Part shown: piece after piece, positions 44,115-55,011 of the stretch | Layout: each line of letters opens with the position of its first letter | How positions within the stretch are numbered: the first letter of the stretch is position 1 | IMG/VR virus record: IMGVR_UViG_3300028888_000118 | Direction: 5' to 3' (one strand) | DNA: 64,000 nt | Source: an uncultured virus (IMG/VR IMGVR_UViG_3300028888_000118) | Lineage: Duplodnaviria > Heunggongvirae > Uroviricota > Caudoviricetes | The notes under the pieces: model-generated | The model's database searches: none | The model's input: the letters and a program-made list of their open reading frames with translations, nothing else | What the model was told of the DNA's origin: nothing | Made by a program: the position numbers and the translations under genes

Positions 44115-46256
44115 TCACGTAGTAATGTCATTAAATACAATATTCTCAATGTAATCAGAAACTTTCTTCTTTATAAATCTTACACCGTTCTTATCGTCAT
44201 AGCACGTATCTTTCAATGTTTTATAGTCTGCATCAGTAAGTTCTATGTTGAATCCATGATCTTTGTATAGTTCCAGTTTAGCGTTTATTTCTTTTTCAAG
44301 TATCGTTTCAAACACATCATATGATATCTTATTGAACATTATCACATCATCCAGTCTGTTCAGGAATTCCGGTCTAAAGAAATCATTTATTGCATTTGTA
44401 ATAAAATTGTCATTATTTTGACTATTAAACCCGATACTTGTTCTTGTTGTCACTTCTTTACAGCCTAAATTAGATGTCATCACAATAACACAATTACAGA
44501 AATCTATTGTGTCGCCTTTAGAATTTGTCAATCGTCCATCATCCATTATCTGCAATAAAATATTAACAACATCTTTATGTGCCTTTTCTATTTCATCAAA
44601 TAGGATTATTGAGAATGGATTATGCTGAACTTTATCAGTCAGTGCTCCGCCAACATTATACCCAACGTATCCGGGCGGAGAACCTATGATCTTGGATACT
44701 GAATGTGACTCCATAAATTCAGACATATCATACCGTATGAAACATTTAGAATTAAAGAAATTCTTTGCTAGCTGTTTACACAATTCTGTCTTACCGACTC
44801 CGGTAGGACCTACTAACAGCATTTTGCCAATCGGCTTTGTCTTATCATTAACACCTGCATAATACCGATAGAAGCACCGCATAGCAGTTCCTATTGCCTT
44901 ATCCTGTCCTAGTATATCTTTCTTTATATTATTTTCAATTCCTTTTACAAACGCTACATTCTTCGACTTTGGATTGATTCCAGACATCTTATATATTACA
45001 GCATCAACGTCATCATTTGTAATAGCATCTCTATTATCATTTTTACAGACAACACAACTTCGATCAATAACGTCAAATGCCTTATCCGGAAAGTTCAGAT
45101 TCTTTAGGTATATATCACACATATCCGTAACATATTCTACAATATTATCATATATATCAACCTTGTGAAAATTCTTATACATGCTCTTTTTACTGTTTAG
45201 TAGTTTAACAGTTTCTACCTTTTGCAACTCATCAACTCTGACAACTGAAAACCGCCGTTCAAACGCTTTATCGGATTCTATAACCTTATATTCCTTATTT
45301 GTAGTACATCCTATGATATACGAATTCTCAGACATATACGGCTTCAACATATTCTGAATTGAAGTAGGCTTTGATGAACTGCTGTCTGACACATCATTAA
45401 AAATAGAATGTATTTCATCTATAAATAGAATTATATTATTAGACTGTTTCAGGCACTCAAGAAGTGAATCAACTCTCTTTTCAAGATCACCTCTGTATGT
45501 AGTTCCACTTATTAGTTTAGTTACATTTAGCTGAAACACGATCATATCTTTTAGTGAGTCAGGACATTTATCAGATTGGAGATAGTTACATATGCCGTAT
45601 ACAATGCTAGTTTTACCCACTCCGGCTTCACCGACAAGAAGAACATTACTCTTATACATCCTACACAGTATATCAATACTCTCTTGTATCTCTGATTCTC
45701 TGCCGAAACATGAATAATGCTTATACAGCAACGGATCTGTAAGATATTCTCCAAATTCTTCTATATCCGTCATCTTAATTCCGGTAACAGGTTCTAAGCT
45801 AGATACAAGACTTTTACGTACAGTTTCTTTATCCTTTGCATATAAGTGTGATTCAAAGAATTGATGTGATAATAGTGCTTCATTTGTAGCCATCACATAT
45901 GTAATATAATTTGTTATTACTTCGGATGTGACCTTATCGCCATATCTATTCTTAAAATAATTAAAATTATTTATAAGTATTTCACACTCCTGTGACAATT
46001 CAAGATCAGCTATCTCAACTATATTACAATCTTTAGCTTTATTGCGTTTCAGCATTCGTGCAGAATACTTCTCGGCACTATCTTTCAAAGAATCCATTAC
46101 AGATTTCTTAAATAAGGAATGCTGTGCAAACACGCAAGCTAGAATATTAGTATCAACTACTTTATACTTACTAGGAACAACCTGCCGCAGTGTCAGTGTG
46201 GCATAGATTGGTATTAATTCAAAAAATGGAACATATTCTGGTTTCACAGGCAACAC
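44115..46256 (-). CDS. ClpA/ClpC-type Hsp100 ATPase (two AAA+ domains, IGF loop)
   Basis: GEAGVGKT, FIDEIH, AFERRF, GPTGVGKT, DMSEFME, GSPPGYVG, FDEIEKAH, SIGF, FRPEFLNRLD. Confidence 0.93.
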   Translation of the reverse strand: MLPVKPEYVPFFELIPIYATLTLRQVVPSKYKVVDTNILACVFAQHSLFKKSVMDSLKDSAEKYSARMLKRNKAKDCNIVEIADLELSQECEILINNFNYFKNRYGDKVTSEVITNYITYVMATNEALLSHQFFESHLYAKDKETVRKSLVSSLEPVTGIKMTDIEEFGEYLTDPLLYKHYSCFGRESEIQESIDILCRMYKSNVLLVGEAGVGKTSIVYGICNYLQSDKCPDSLKDMIVFQLNVTKLISGTTYRGDLEKRVDSLLECLKQSNNIILFIDEIHSIFNDVSDSSSSKPTSIQNMLKPYMSENSYIIGCTTNKEYKVIESDKAFERRFSVVRVDELQKVETVKLLNSKKSMYKNFHKVDIYDNIVEYVTDMCDIYLKNLNFPDKAFDVIDRSCVVCKNDNRDAITNDDVDAVIYKMSGINPKSKNVAFVKGIENNIKKDILGQDKAIGTAMRCFYRYYAGVNDKTKPIGKMLLVGPTGVGKTELCKQLAKNFFNSKCFIRYDMSEFMESHSVSKIIGSPPGYVGYNVGGALTDKVQHNPFSIILFDEIEKAHKDVVNILLQIMDDGRLTNSKGDTIDFCNCVIVMTSNLGCKEVTTRTSIGFNSQNNDNFITNAINDFFRPEFLNRLDDVIMFNKISYDVFETILEKEINAKLELYKDHGFNIELTDADYKTLKDTCYDDKNGVRFIKKKVSDYIENIVFNDITT

Positions 46257-46280
46257 TTCCAGTATTTAGTTTATATTTAT

Positions 46281-46309
46281 AGTATAGCACATTTTTAATC
46301 ATTTGTCAA
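46281..46309 (-). promoter_or_regulatory. early promoter (terminator at ~46320-46355)
   Basis: TTGACA-17-TGcTATACT. Confidence 0.85.
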
Positions 46310-46365
46310 GTGGGTAAATAAAAAGTCTGTAGATTTTTTACATCTACAGACTTTTAATTAACAAA

Positions 46366-46791
46366 TTATTCTAATGACAGTAATCTTCCAACATCTGTCC
46401 AAGAGTGACCGTCCCAATGTTTTCCGACATCTAGTTCTTCACAATCAAATAAATCCCAATAAGGCTCTGCATAGTGATAGGTGTATTGACCTTCTGGCGT
46501 ATCAATTCCAACAATAAACCAACCACCACCAAAACACGGCTCACCATCCTCATGGTTCCATGATTTCCAACAACTATAATAATCTTTACATAACTTAATA
46601 ATCGTTGCAAACAGAACGGCTCTCTGTAAATACAGTTCCTTAAATGTGTGAACGCCATCATCAATATCATCAATATCTTCCAGAGGTTGACCAAATTGAC
46701 TTGAATACATTTTCACAATTTTATCATAAAAGCTGTCATCCTTAGCTGTAACCTCTTGAAAATTATCATAGTCTGATAGTCTTAATTTCAT
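46366..46791 (-). CDS. WDGH-motif phage protein
   Basis: DG.HTF.ELY..R..LF...WKS..H.DG...WFIVGI.TP.GQ.TYH...WDGH. Confidence 0.7.
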   Translation of the reverse strand: MKLRLSDYDNFQEVTAKDDSFYDKIVKMYSSQFGQPLEDIDDIDDGVHTFKELYLQRAVLFATIIKLCKDYYSCWKSWNHEDGEPCFGGGWFIVGIDTPEGQYTYHYAEPYWDLFDCEELDVGKHWDGHSWTDVGRLLSLE

Positions 46792-46799
46792 TTTATACT

Positions 46800-47519
46800 T
46801 TACTCCATTTCTAACGCATCTGCTGATTGACTGATCCATCCTCTATAGTTCGTAACAAGTGAACATATAGCGACTCTCTTATCATCTAGCGATCTATAGT
46901 AATCAAGATATCTCTCAAATGCGTTTGACCGATCCTCTGTATCACGCTGTTTCCGGTGTCCGATAACAATCACTTTGCAGTTGTCAGCGATTCTAGTTAG
47001 AATCTTCTTCATCTGCTTGAAGTCACAGTTCTGTGCTTCATCAATGATAATAACCTTATTTTCAAAGTTAGTTCCTCTTGTGTATGTATCAGTCATTGCC
47101 TTAACGTATCCAGAACTATTCTTATTCTGCGCTGTCATTGAATCATCATAGATAGCCTGATACGGAACAACCCCGCACTTGATCATTGCCTGATATAGCG
47201 GTTCAAAATATACTTCTGATTTTTCCGTAATATCTCCGGGCAGAAAACCTTGCTTACCTTCTCCGTATGCAGATACAATGTATATAATTCCGTCATACCG
47301 TCCATACTCATATAGAAGATTTGCAACGGCAAATGACATTTGTGTTTTTCCTGATCCCGCTACAGAATCACACATAATAATCAACTTTTCAGGATTCCAA
47401 ATATTGTCTACAAAATTTTTCTGGTAATCATCTAAAATGAATCCATAAAACGGATGTCCATTTAGATTTTCAGGTGCATCTTTTTCGTACTCATTTACTA
47501 CGTTCTTTTTCTTTGGCAT
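46800..47519 (-). CDS. phoH: PhoH-family ATPase
   Basis: AGSGKT, GFLPGD..EK, RGTNF...IIIDEAQN, ILTR, IG...Q.D. Confidence 0.9.
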   Translation of the reverse strand: MPKKKNVVNEYEKDAPENLNGHPFYGFILDDYQKNFVDNIWNPEKLIIMCDSVAGSGKTQMSFAVANLLYEYGRYDGIIYIVSAYGEGKQGFLPGDITEKSEVYFEPLYQAMIKCGVVPYQAIYDDSMTAQNKNSSGYVKAMTDTYTRGTNFENKVIIIDEAQNCDFKQMKKILTRIADNCKVIVIGHRKQRDTEDRSNAFERYLDYYRSLDDKRVAICSLVTNYRGWISQSADALEME

Positions 47520-47542
47520 AAAATCATTCCAATCTTTATAAA

Positions 47543-47908
47543 TTAGAACAAAGATTTTTTACTAGAGAAGTCACGCATAATAATCTCACGATCTGTTGAT
47601 TTTTTGCGCTTCAATGTATTTACATTCTTTCGTTTAGTTGATATTCTAACAACTCTCTTTTTGTCTGCGTCATATGTACTTGTCTGCGATATTATAGGCT
47701 TTACCGCAGACAGTACATAATAATCAAGTCTACCCTCTTTTGTGTCTGTGTATACAATGTCACTTGTTCTATCAGCATCAACAATGCTAAGTAAAAAATC
47801 TTCATCCTTATATAATGAAACATACTGTAATTGATTATCTACAATGTAATAACATGATAGATCATAGTCTTTCGGGATTATTACAGCTTTTTCAAGTAAG
47901 AAGTCCAT
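47543..47908 (-). CDS. hypothetical protein ending in KKSLF
   Basis: 121-aa ORF. Confidence 0.55.
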   Translation of the reverse strand: MDFLLEKAVIIPKDYDLSCYYIVDNQLQYVSLYKDEDFLLSIVDADRTSDIVYTDTKEGRLDYYVLSAVKPIISQTSTYDADKKRVVRISTKRKNVNTLKRKKSTDREIIMRDFSSKKSLF

Positions 47909-48494
47909 TGTCTACATATCCATTTTGAATAATCTCTGAAATATGATAACTTCTATTCGGCAGAACCCAATCAAAATCATCCATAACAAATTGTGGTGAA
48001 TCAGAGATAACTTCTATATCTTTCAGAATAAAATCATTCAGTTCTTTTGGATAATAGATGTGCTCAGATGCAACAATGAATCGCTTCCTATCAGTGTAAG
48101 ATTTTCCGCCCATATCTCTATTTTTATACATTGCATACACATACAGGAATCCACGCGCATCAAGTCCTTTAAGGATTGTGAGAACTTTTTCACTAAGATA
48201 GTACGGCGTTGTCGGAACAATATAGAAACCATATTTACCTAACACATTAATAACATCTGCCTGTTCCATTGCACATGTATCCGGAACAATTGTAGAATTA
48301 TTAATGTAAACAAATGTGCTAAAATATACATCATTTGTATCTGTGTCGTATATGATTAGTTTCTTTCCTTTAATTTCATCACCAGTGTAATTTACAATGT
48401 TGCATTTCAGATTAGGATAATTAGCCGATCTAGCACGTATCACTTGATTCCAATTATTTATTTCTAATATATTATTCATATTAAATTTCATACC

Positions 48495-49136
48495 TCAATC
48501 ACTACTTCCAGTAACAACATAATGATAGATTTGACCTATACCACTTCTATCAGCGTAAGTAGCATCTGTAAATCCGTCATATTTCCAAATTGCTTCAAAT
48601 GAACGCTTTGTATAAAATCTTAAAGTATTTCCGTCACCTGCATCATAAACTTGATCCCGAACTGTATTAAGTGTATTGTTCATTGCATTAATTCTTTGTG
48701 TTTGGGTAGTGATTGCATTCTCAATAGTTCCCGCATCATCAACATAATATCTTCCCCAATTTACTCCTGTAAAATCTGCACTCTTTCCAACAAGATCATA
48801 ATGCTGTTGCCATCCTGCGCGGTCAATGGAGTCCTTAATAGATGTTTGTCTAACAGTTGTATCATTTACATTAACAACACTTTTCTGTAAATCAGTCAAC
48901 CATAATCCGGCTTTGCTAGCAATGATATTTCGTGCCGTGTTTCGTGCTGTGTTGCTTGTTATCCTAACCTCTTCTTCGTATATCGGATTTCCTACGCTTG
49001 ACGCATAAATACGAAATCCTGTAAACGCAAGACCTACAACACACTCAGCACTGAATACGACATTTGATATCATCAAGGATGTTTCACTTATACGCACTGC
49101 AAGTGGATCGAATCTAAGTAATTGTGGATATGCCAC
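48495..49136 (-). CDS. hypothetical protein (possibly structural)
   Basis: 213-aa ORF in core gene string. Confidence 0.5.
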   Translation of the reverse strand: MAYPQLLRFDPLAVRISETSLMISNVVFSAECVVGLAFTGFRIYASSVGNPIYEEEVRITSNTARNTARNIIASKAGLWLTDLQKSVVNVNDTTVRQTSIKDSIDRAGWQQHYDLVGKSADFTGVNWGRYYVDDAGTIENAITTQTQRINAMNNTLNTVRDQVYDAGDGNTLRFYTKRSFEAIWKYDGFTDATYADRSGIGQIYHYVVTGSSD

Positions 49137-49624
49137 AAGATCACCGCCTTAGTTAAATAGTAGGTCGGTCTTTAACAAACCTTACTACCTCTATTGTTTC
49201 CAAATACTGCTTATAAAAGGTAAGAATTCCAATATCTTGCTTACTTGCAACAGTATCATCATTTAGACAACTCTTTTCATCCTGCCAATAATCAGGAACA
49301 ACCACAGGCTTTAGATACCATGAATAAATTGTCTGATTTGACACATTTGTATGCCACCCGTAATTCAGTTCATATTCAGTGACACTTGAAATTGTCAATT
49401 TAACAATATCTCCTTTGACAAGATATCCAATACCATCAATATACAATGACTCTGCCGTATATGTGTACTGACCTTTTTCAAATACATCACCATTCACTGC
49501 CGTAACAGTATCAGGCTTTCCGCTAGAATCAAACGTCATAGAACTAGCGTTGATTAGATTACCACTAAGATCATAAAACATGAACACAGGATCAACAAAA
49601 TTCTGATTTTCAATTTCAACCATA

Positions 49625-50176
49625 TTATTCACCCTCAATATCATCTGACACATCAACATCAATAACTTCTTCACCATTTTCCGCTGATTGCAGAGATGCA
49701 AGCAGACTCGATGCAAAATTTCTAACTGCATCTCTCGAATCTGCATCAATTATAGTTGCTGATTTTCCGTCAGGTGTCACATAACTCGTTGTATTTATAT
49801 TATTTATTACTAATTGTAGTTTATCGTCCTTTAATACTTGTGTTACAATGGTATTCGCGTCATACAACAACTTACTTACGGTTTCCATTGCAACTGTAAG
49901 AACAGATAAATTATCCGGCTCTGTTTCAATTCGTGAATCAACCGCTTCAATGAACTTAGATTCCATCTTTTCTAGGAAATTTGTTAATCTAATTATCCTA
50001 GACAGTGTATACTTTGCTTGTGCGATAAGAAATATTCTTGATCTATCTAACAACTCATCGCTGTTATATGAGATATCAGAAAGTTCTGTATCACCTGCAA
50101 GCTGTTTCATAATATTAAGAGTTCCGGATTCTGGATTTCCTAACATTAGCTTTTCTTTATCTTCCATTAAAATCAA
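49625..50176 (-). CDS. helical hypothetical protein (terminase-small-subunit-like architecture possible)
   Basis: Helical body, INNINT beta tail, acidic end; weak inference. Confidence 0.35.
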   Translation of the reverse strand: MILMEDKEKLMLGNPESGTLNIMKQLAGDTELSDISYNSDELLDRSRIFLIAQAKYTLSRIIRLTNFLEKMESKFIEAVDSRIETEPDNLSVLTVAMETVSKLLYDANTIVTQVLKDDKLQLVINNINTTSYVTPDGKSATIIDADSRDAVRNFASSLLASLQSAENGEEVIDVDVSDDIEGE

Positions 50177-50613
50177 CCCTTCCGGAATTTATCGTACAAT
50201 TCTGTCAGTCTATCACTGTATATCGTTGCAAGCGTATCACCAATACCTGAATCTTTATCGTTGAATGCTTTAGCAACGTCAGTCTTAAATCCGCTAGATG
50301 GCTTAAACTCAAAATCAAAGTGAGTTGATGGAGAATTTGTAATACCATGTCGGCTATGAAATTCACTTGATGTGATTGTGAGATTACCAATAAGAGGAAT
50401 TTCTACGGTCACGCTTCTGCCGCATGTTTCATCATCTTCAATACCACTTTTATCAATTTTGTCAAGTTCTTGTACAATTCTATAACAAATTAGAAGTTCA
50501 ACCAATCTAAGCATGTCAAAATTGTATTTATATTTAGTCCCTAAGATTGATTCAATTTGCTGTGCGATCTCTTTTGCTGTTGCCGAACTTGTACTTCCTT
50601 TTGACCTACTCAT
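50173..50613 (-). CDS. divergent HU/IHF-like DNA-binding protein
   Basis: VEIPLIGNLTI...FEFKPSSGFK..V pattern. Confidence 0.45.
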   Translation of the reverse strand: MSRSKGSTSSATAKEIAQQIESILGTKYKYNFDMLRLVELLICYRIVQELDKIDKSGIEDDETCGRSVTVEIPLIGNLTITSSEFHSRHGITNSPSTHFDFEFKPSSGFKTDVAKAFNDKDSGIGDTLATIYSDRLTELYDKFRKG

Positions 50614-50912
50614 TTAGTGTTTACCTCGCTTCCAAGTTTCTTCACGCACTCAATAAGTCTACTACGTTCTCTACCTGCAAATCTAGCAAGTCTGCTTGTG
50701 TATATCTTCATGCGCTTTATGTCATTATAATCCACACATGCTTCTAGCTTTGTAAGCGAATCATCAAATTCTTTCTCTTGTCTGTTATATACATCCATCA
50801 GTCTATTCTGAACGCACATTGAGAATAAATCTTCCCTATTTATATCACTATTAACAAACTCATCAAGTTCGTTACACACATCTTGTATATTACTATTCAT
50901 ATAAATCACCTA

Positions 50913-51296
50913 TCAATATTTGCGATTTCCATAATTATATGATTCCATGATCTCTTTCAGCTTTTCTAGCTTATTCTTAGCCGCCTTGCCTTTTGACGGA
51001 TCATAACCGGATTCACGAACAGCATCTTTCCACGGCATCTTCTTTACTTCATAGTTGTTAAACAATCTAAGGACTTGCGTAAGTTCTGCAACTTCCTCTT
51101 TTGTTGGGAATCTAACGGTCTGCCCTTCGTAGTAACGCATTAACAAATCCATAGACGGCTTGTCAAGAATATAGTACAACTCAGACAGCGCGGAATATTC
51201 CGGAACATTTTTTAGTTCATACAGAAGTGTACACAGTGCTGAATAAATATCAGGTTTGGTTAAATTTGAAACTAATTCATTTATGTTCTCAGCCAT
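50913..51296 (-). CDS. possible Mor-like transcription regulator
   Basis: LMRYYEGQTVRFP motif followed by HTH-like segment. Confidence 0.4.
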   Translation of the reverse strand: MAENINELVSNLTKPDIYSALCTLLYELKNVPEYSALSELYYILDKPSMDLLMRYYEGQTVRFPTKEEVAELTQVLRLFNNYEVKKMPWKDAVRESGYDPSKGKAAKNKLEKLKEIMESYNYGNRKY

Positions 51297-51300
51297 TTAC

Positions 51301-52014
51301 TCAACCCCTATCTTTATAATCGTCACACAATTCGGTCAGTGATGATAAATCTCTTGTTACACATACATCATCCATAAATCCACCCGCAAAGCCACAACTT
51401 CTGAATGAATTTTTGAAACCCTCAATTGCAACTTTTACATATGGCTTCATTGAGTTATCTAACATGAAATACTTAGCATCCTCTCCGTCTAACTCTCTTA
51501 ACAAATTAAGAGTCATATTCGTGTACACGTCATCCCACTCTTTAGTACCATGCTTAAACTTTCCATGCATCACAGCGTCCCTGATCATATTTGGAATGTT
51601 CTCAAGGATGAACTGACGCTCCATTGTATCAAAGTCAGCTTCACTTGACATTGCAGACGATGTACACATTCGTTTTATATTTTCAACAAATATCGGTTCG
51701 GATTCTGTATAAATTGTTTCGTGCTCGATTTTCTTTTGATGTGGAACATATGACAGCTTGATCATCTTTCCGATATAATACATCCAAGAAGTTATCTTTC
51801 TGCCGCCCCTAACCGCCATCCAGACATCAGAAGCTACATCATGACACACTTCATTGATTCCCTGATATCCATATACGTACTTATTTTGCTGTATATAGAT
51901 ATTTGCCAATTTTACAAGTATATGATAAATATTTTCATTATCTATATCATTCTCAACTAGATCAGTTAATTCAGCTTCCAGTTCTTTTACAGACTTATTC
52001 TCCTTTTTCTTCAT
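51301..52014 (-). CDS. possible phage (late) sigma factor
   Basis: Region-2-like EVCHDVASDVW...SWMYYIGK. Confidence 0.35.
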   Translation of the reverse strand: MKKKENKSVKELEAELTDLVENDIDNENIYHILVKLANIYIQQNKYVYGYQGINEVCHDVASDVWMAVRGGRKITSWMYYIGKMIKLSYVPHQKKIEHETIYTESEPIFVENIKRMCTSSAMSSEADFDTMERQFILENIPNMIRDAVMHGKFKHGTKEWDDVYTNMTLNLLRELDGEDAKYFMLDNSMKPYVKVAIEGFKNSFRSCGFAGGFMDDVCVTRDLSSLTELCDDYKDRG

Positions 52015-52195
52015 TCGCACCACCCGTACTTATGTTAAACAATGTAATTTGCTGATTCTTTTCCAATTTTTGTATTCTGTAGCATTGAGGTCCGTAGCCA
52101 AGTTCCTTGCTATTAACGCCTTTAAGGAGTCTGCCGCATCTCTTACAGAATACTCTAGGTTCTTCCTTACTAACAACATCAAACAATGGACTCAA
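51995..52195 (-). CDS. DUF6011 zinc-finger protein
   Basis: CKRCGRLL...S.ELGYGPQC. Confidence 0.75.
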   Translation of the reverse strand: MSPLFDVVSKEEPRVFCKRCGRLLKGVNSKELGYGPQCYRIQKLEKNQQITLFNISTGGANEEKGE

Positions 52196-52208
52196 TTAGA
52201 TCAACTCC

Positions 52209-53147
52209 TTACAGAACATTAACAAGAATATAGTCGATTACGATATCAATACTCATGCTACCGTTCTTAACACTTTCGTCACAGTATTTAATCAATCTAA
52301 TGAATCTGATCAATTCCTTACAATCATAACGGTTTGCATACCTGAATGCATTTTTAACCTGAAATGGCGTAAGTCCCGTGATCTCTGCCGCATTCTTATT
52401 GTTTCCAAGTGTTTGAATCTGCAATACATTTTTAACATTTGTGTGAAGCAATGACAGTATTAGTAGTGGATTATCATTTCTTCGCTCCGATTCATATTTA
52501 AGTTCATAAACCAGTTTAACATTTCTAGTAAGAATACTATCAATAAGTTCAAACACATCTCCGGACTCTTCCTCGTAAATAGAGCAAGAATTGAGACACA
52601 ACTTCATGGCATCTTCATCAGATAACTTAAAATACTCAGCGACATTTCTAAGTTTATTTAGTTCAAGTTTAATTCTTCCATAGTTACTTCCGCACATGTG
52701 TATAAGTTTATCTGTTTGATCTTTTGTCAGTTTAGCATCTTTACCTATGTACTTTCTTAAAACATCATCTGACAGTGTTTCAAAGTTTGTTATTCTTTCT
52801 TCAAAATGTTTTGCGAATTTCGATCTATTGTCAAGTTTTACATATTTAACGATAAGGCAAATGTTTTTTGTTTTTAGTTTTTCATGAATATCTTTCCAAG
52901 AAATTTCATCGGATATGAAATCTTTATCATCACGTACCACAATCATTCTATGTGAGTCAGCAAACAAGTTCTTCTTGCCTAGTGATTTATAAACACTAAG
53001 AACACTATCTGCAAGAAGATAAGTGCCTAGCTTCTTTGATATATTCTTTATATACGTTTCAAGGATTTCATATTCATCTCCGTGAAATATATAGATACCT
53101 TTAATGTCTCCTGAATCTATTACCTTTTTCAACTCCATAATGTTCAT
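52209..53147 (-). CDS. holA: DNA polymerase III delta-like clamp-loader subunit
   Basis: YIFHGDE, KLDNRSK, I.LELNKL, VFELID; synteny with dnaX and holB. Confidence 0.8.
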   Translation of the reverse strand: MNIMELKKVIDSGDIKGIYIFHGDEYEILETYIKNISKKLGTYLLADSVLSVYKSLGKKNLFADSHRMIVVRDDKDFISDEISWKDIHEKLKTKNICLIVKYVKLDNRSKFAKHFEERITNFETLSDDVLRKYIGKDAKLTKDQTDKLIHMCGSNYGRIKLELNKLRNVAEYFKLSDEDAMKLCLNSCSIYEEESGDVFELIDSILTRNVKLVYELKYESERRNDNPLLILSLLHTNVKNVLQIQTLGNNKNAAEITGLTPFQVKNAFRYANRYDCKELIRFIRLIKYCDESVKNGSMSIDIVIDYILVNVL

Positions 53148-53983
53148 TATAGTTCACCGCCTGTGACTAATAGATGTGAGTTAATAATGCAGTTATCAAT
53201 AATAGACTGCTTATTACAGCCTTTTGTATTCAGGCTATTAATACTCTTTGATACAGTCTTAATAACTGCGTCATACTCTGTTTCTCCGTTTTTTATAACA
53301 CGATTTGCACAGCTTAAAATTATGCATCGTAAGAACATTGTGGGATCAATTCCGTCAGTAGATTCCTTTAGCTTTAACTTAGTCGTAATTTTTAATTCAT
53401 TTGCTAGATTAGCTTTTCCGATGTACTTCACAAAAGATTCTGCAAGATTATATACATCAGAAATTTCCGTTTCTTCCGCAGATATAACATCCTGCGGACA
53501 TGAGCATATCTGAGTTACGATATTATGATCATCTTCTGTAAATGTATAGTTCTTATGATCTGCAAAATCTTCAAGTTCCTGAACAGTGTACGGATCAAGG
53601 TACATTACCATTCCTCTACTTATCAGTGTTCCAAGTACGTTTGATATATCGCAAACTGTCAGTATGAAGTATGCTGAATTAGGTGGTTCTTCTGTAACCT
53701 TTAGCAATGCATTCTTAGCGATAACTGACATATCATCTGCATCTGCGAACATATACACTGTTTTATCTGATACTGTATAAGAATCAACAATTACATCTCT
53801 TACGCTTTCAACGGTTGTTTCGCACGGAACAAAATTTGCATGTAGCTTTCGTGCAATATAATCAGAGATCACACGTTTTCCAAAACCTCTAGGAGCAACA
53901 ATAATAGAAAATCTAGGAAATCTATCATTATCAATTGCATTATCTATAATATTCAGTATTCGCTTCTGCCCACAAACATACAT
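53147..53983 (-). CDS. holB: DNA polymerase III delta-prime-like subunit
   Basis: PRGFGK, ADDMS..AKNALLKVTEEPP, TLISR. Confidence 0.8.
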   Translation of the reverse strand: MYVCGQKRILNIIDNAIDNDRFPRFSIIVAPRGFGKRVISDYIARKLHANFVPCETTVESVRDVIVDSYTVSDKTVYMFADADDMSVIAKNALLKVTEEPPNSAYFILTVCDISNVLGTLISRGMVMYLDPYTVQELEDFADHKNYTFTEDDHNIVTQICSCPQDVISAEETEISDVYNLAESFVKYIGKANLANELKITTKLKLKESTDGIDPTMFLRCIILSCANRVIKNGETEYDAVIKTVSKSINSLNTKGCNKQSIIDNCIINSHLLVTGGEL

Positions 53984-53985
53984 AA

Positions 53986-55011
53986 TTATACCTCTGAACA
54001 CAGTAAGATGAATGTCGATTCAATCAGCGGTTTCGGATTCGTATCCCACTTAATAGACGAATTGATATTGATTACCTCGTTTAGCAACTGTGTGAAGAAT
54101 GTGAAATCATCTCTTGTATATGCCGACACACGTTTCTTATACGTTACAGGAATCTGCAAATAATCGAATGTACCTACTACGTCATACTTGCAAAGGTCTA
54201 GTACAAAATTGTTATACTCCTTAATAAACTGTTTCAGGTCGTGACCACTTCCATGAACCGTTTCTACAATCTCGATCACAGACTTCTTATCCATCTTACA
54301 CAGTGCATCTGTGAGATCGAACATTGTTCCGTATCCAACTGTACCGAGCGATTCTGTAACAGCTTCTACAGTCAGATTCTTAGAGTATCCGAGAACTTTA
54401 TCCATTAACGTGATAGCATCACGCATACCGCCATCAGCTAATTTTGCAATGTAGTCAATTGCTTCATCTTCATAAGTATATTCCATACCTTCTTCATTTT
54501 CTCTTGAAATGATGTATTTAAGTCTTTCTGTAATTCCGGTACGTGAAATTCTCTGGAAATTATATCTTTGCACTCTTGAAAGAATTGTCTTAGGAATCTT
54601 CTGTGGATCAGTTGTGCAGAAAATAAAAACACTGGTAGGTGTAGGTTCTTCAAGTGTAAGTAGCAGTGCTTGCCACCCTTGATCAGTAATAGCGTGTACC
54701 TCATCAAGTAGGAATACTTTGTACTTATAGCCAATTGGCTTAAATCGTGAATCTTCAATCAGCTTTCTAATATCATCAACCTTACCATGAGAAGCGGCAT
54801 CCAGTTCTACAGTAATGCCTTTATTATCATTTATTGCATTTGCGAATAGTCTAGCTGACGTTGTTTTTCCAGTTCCCGCGCCTCCGCAGAACAAGTATGC
54901 ATTCTTAATTTCACCTTTACTAAGCTGATTAAGAAGAGTACCCTTGATTACATTCTGCTCAACAACATCATCAAACTTATTCGGTCTATACTTTGTAGCA
55001 AGTGACTCCAT
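53986..55011 (-). CDS. dnaX: DNA polymerase III gamma/tau clamp-loader ATPase
   Basis: KYRP..F..VV.Q, G.AGTGKTT, ELDAAS, LDEVH, TLEEP, TILSR, GGMRDA. Confidence 0.93.
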   Translation of the reverse strand: MESLATKYRPNKFDDVVEQNVIKGTLLNQLSKGEIKNAYLFCGGAGTGKTTSARLFANAINDNKGITVELDAASHGKVDDIRKLIEDSRFKPIGYKYKVFLLDEVHAITDQGWQALLLTLEEPTPTSVFIFCTTDPQKIPKTILSRVQRYNFQRISRTGITERLKYIISRENEEGMEYTYEDEAIDYIAKLADGGMRDAITLMDKVLGYSKNLTVEAVTESLGTVGYGTMFDLTDALCKMDKKSVIEIVETVHGSGHDLKQFIKEYNNFVLDLCKYDVVGTFDYLQIPVTYKKRVSAYTRDDFTFFTQLLNEVININSSIKWDTNPKPLIESTFILLCSEV

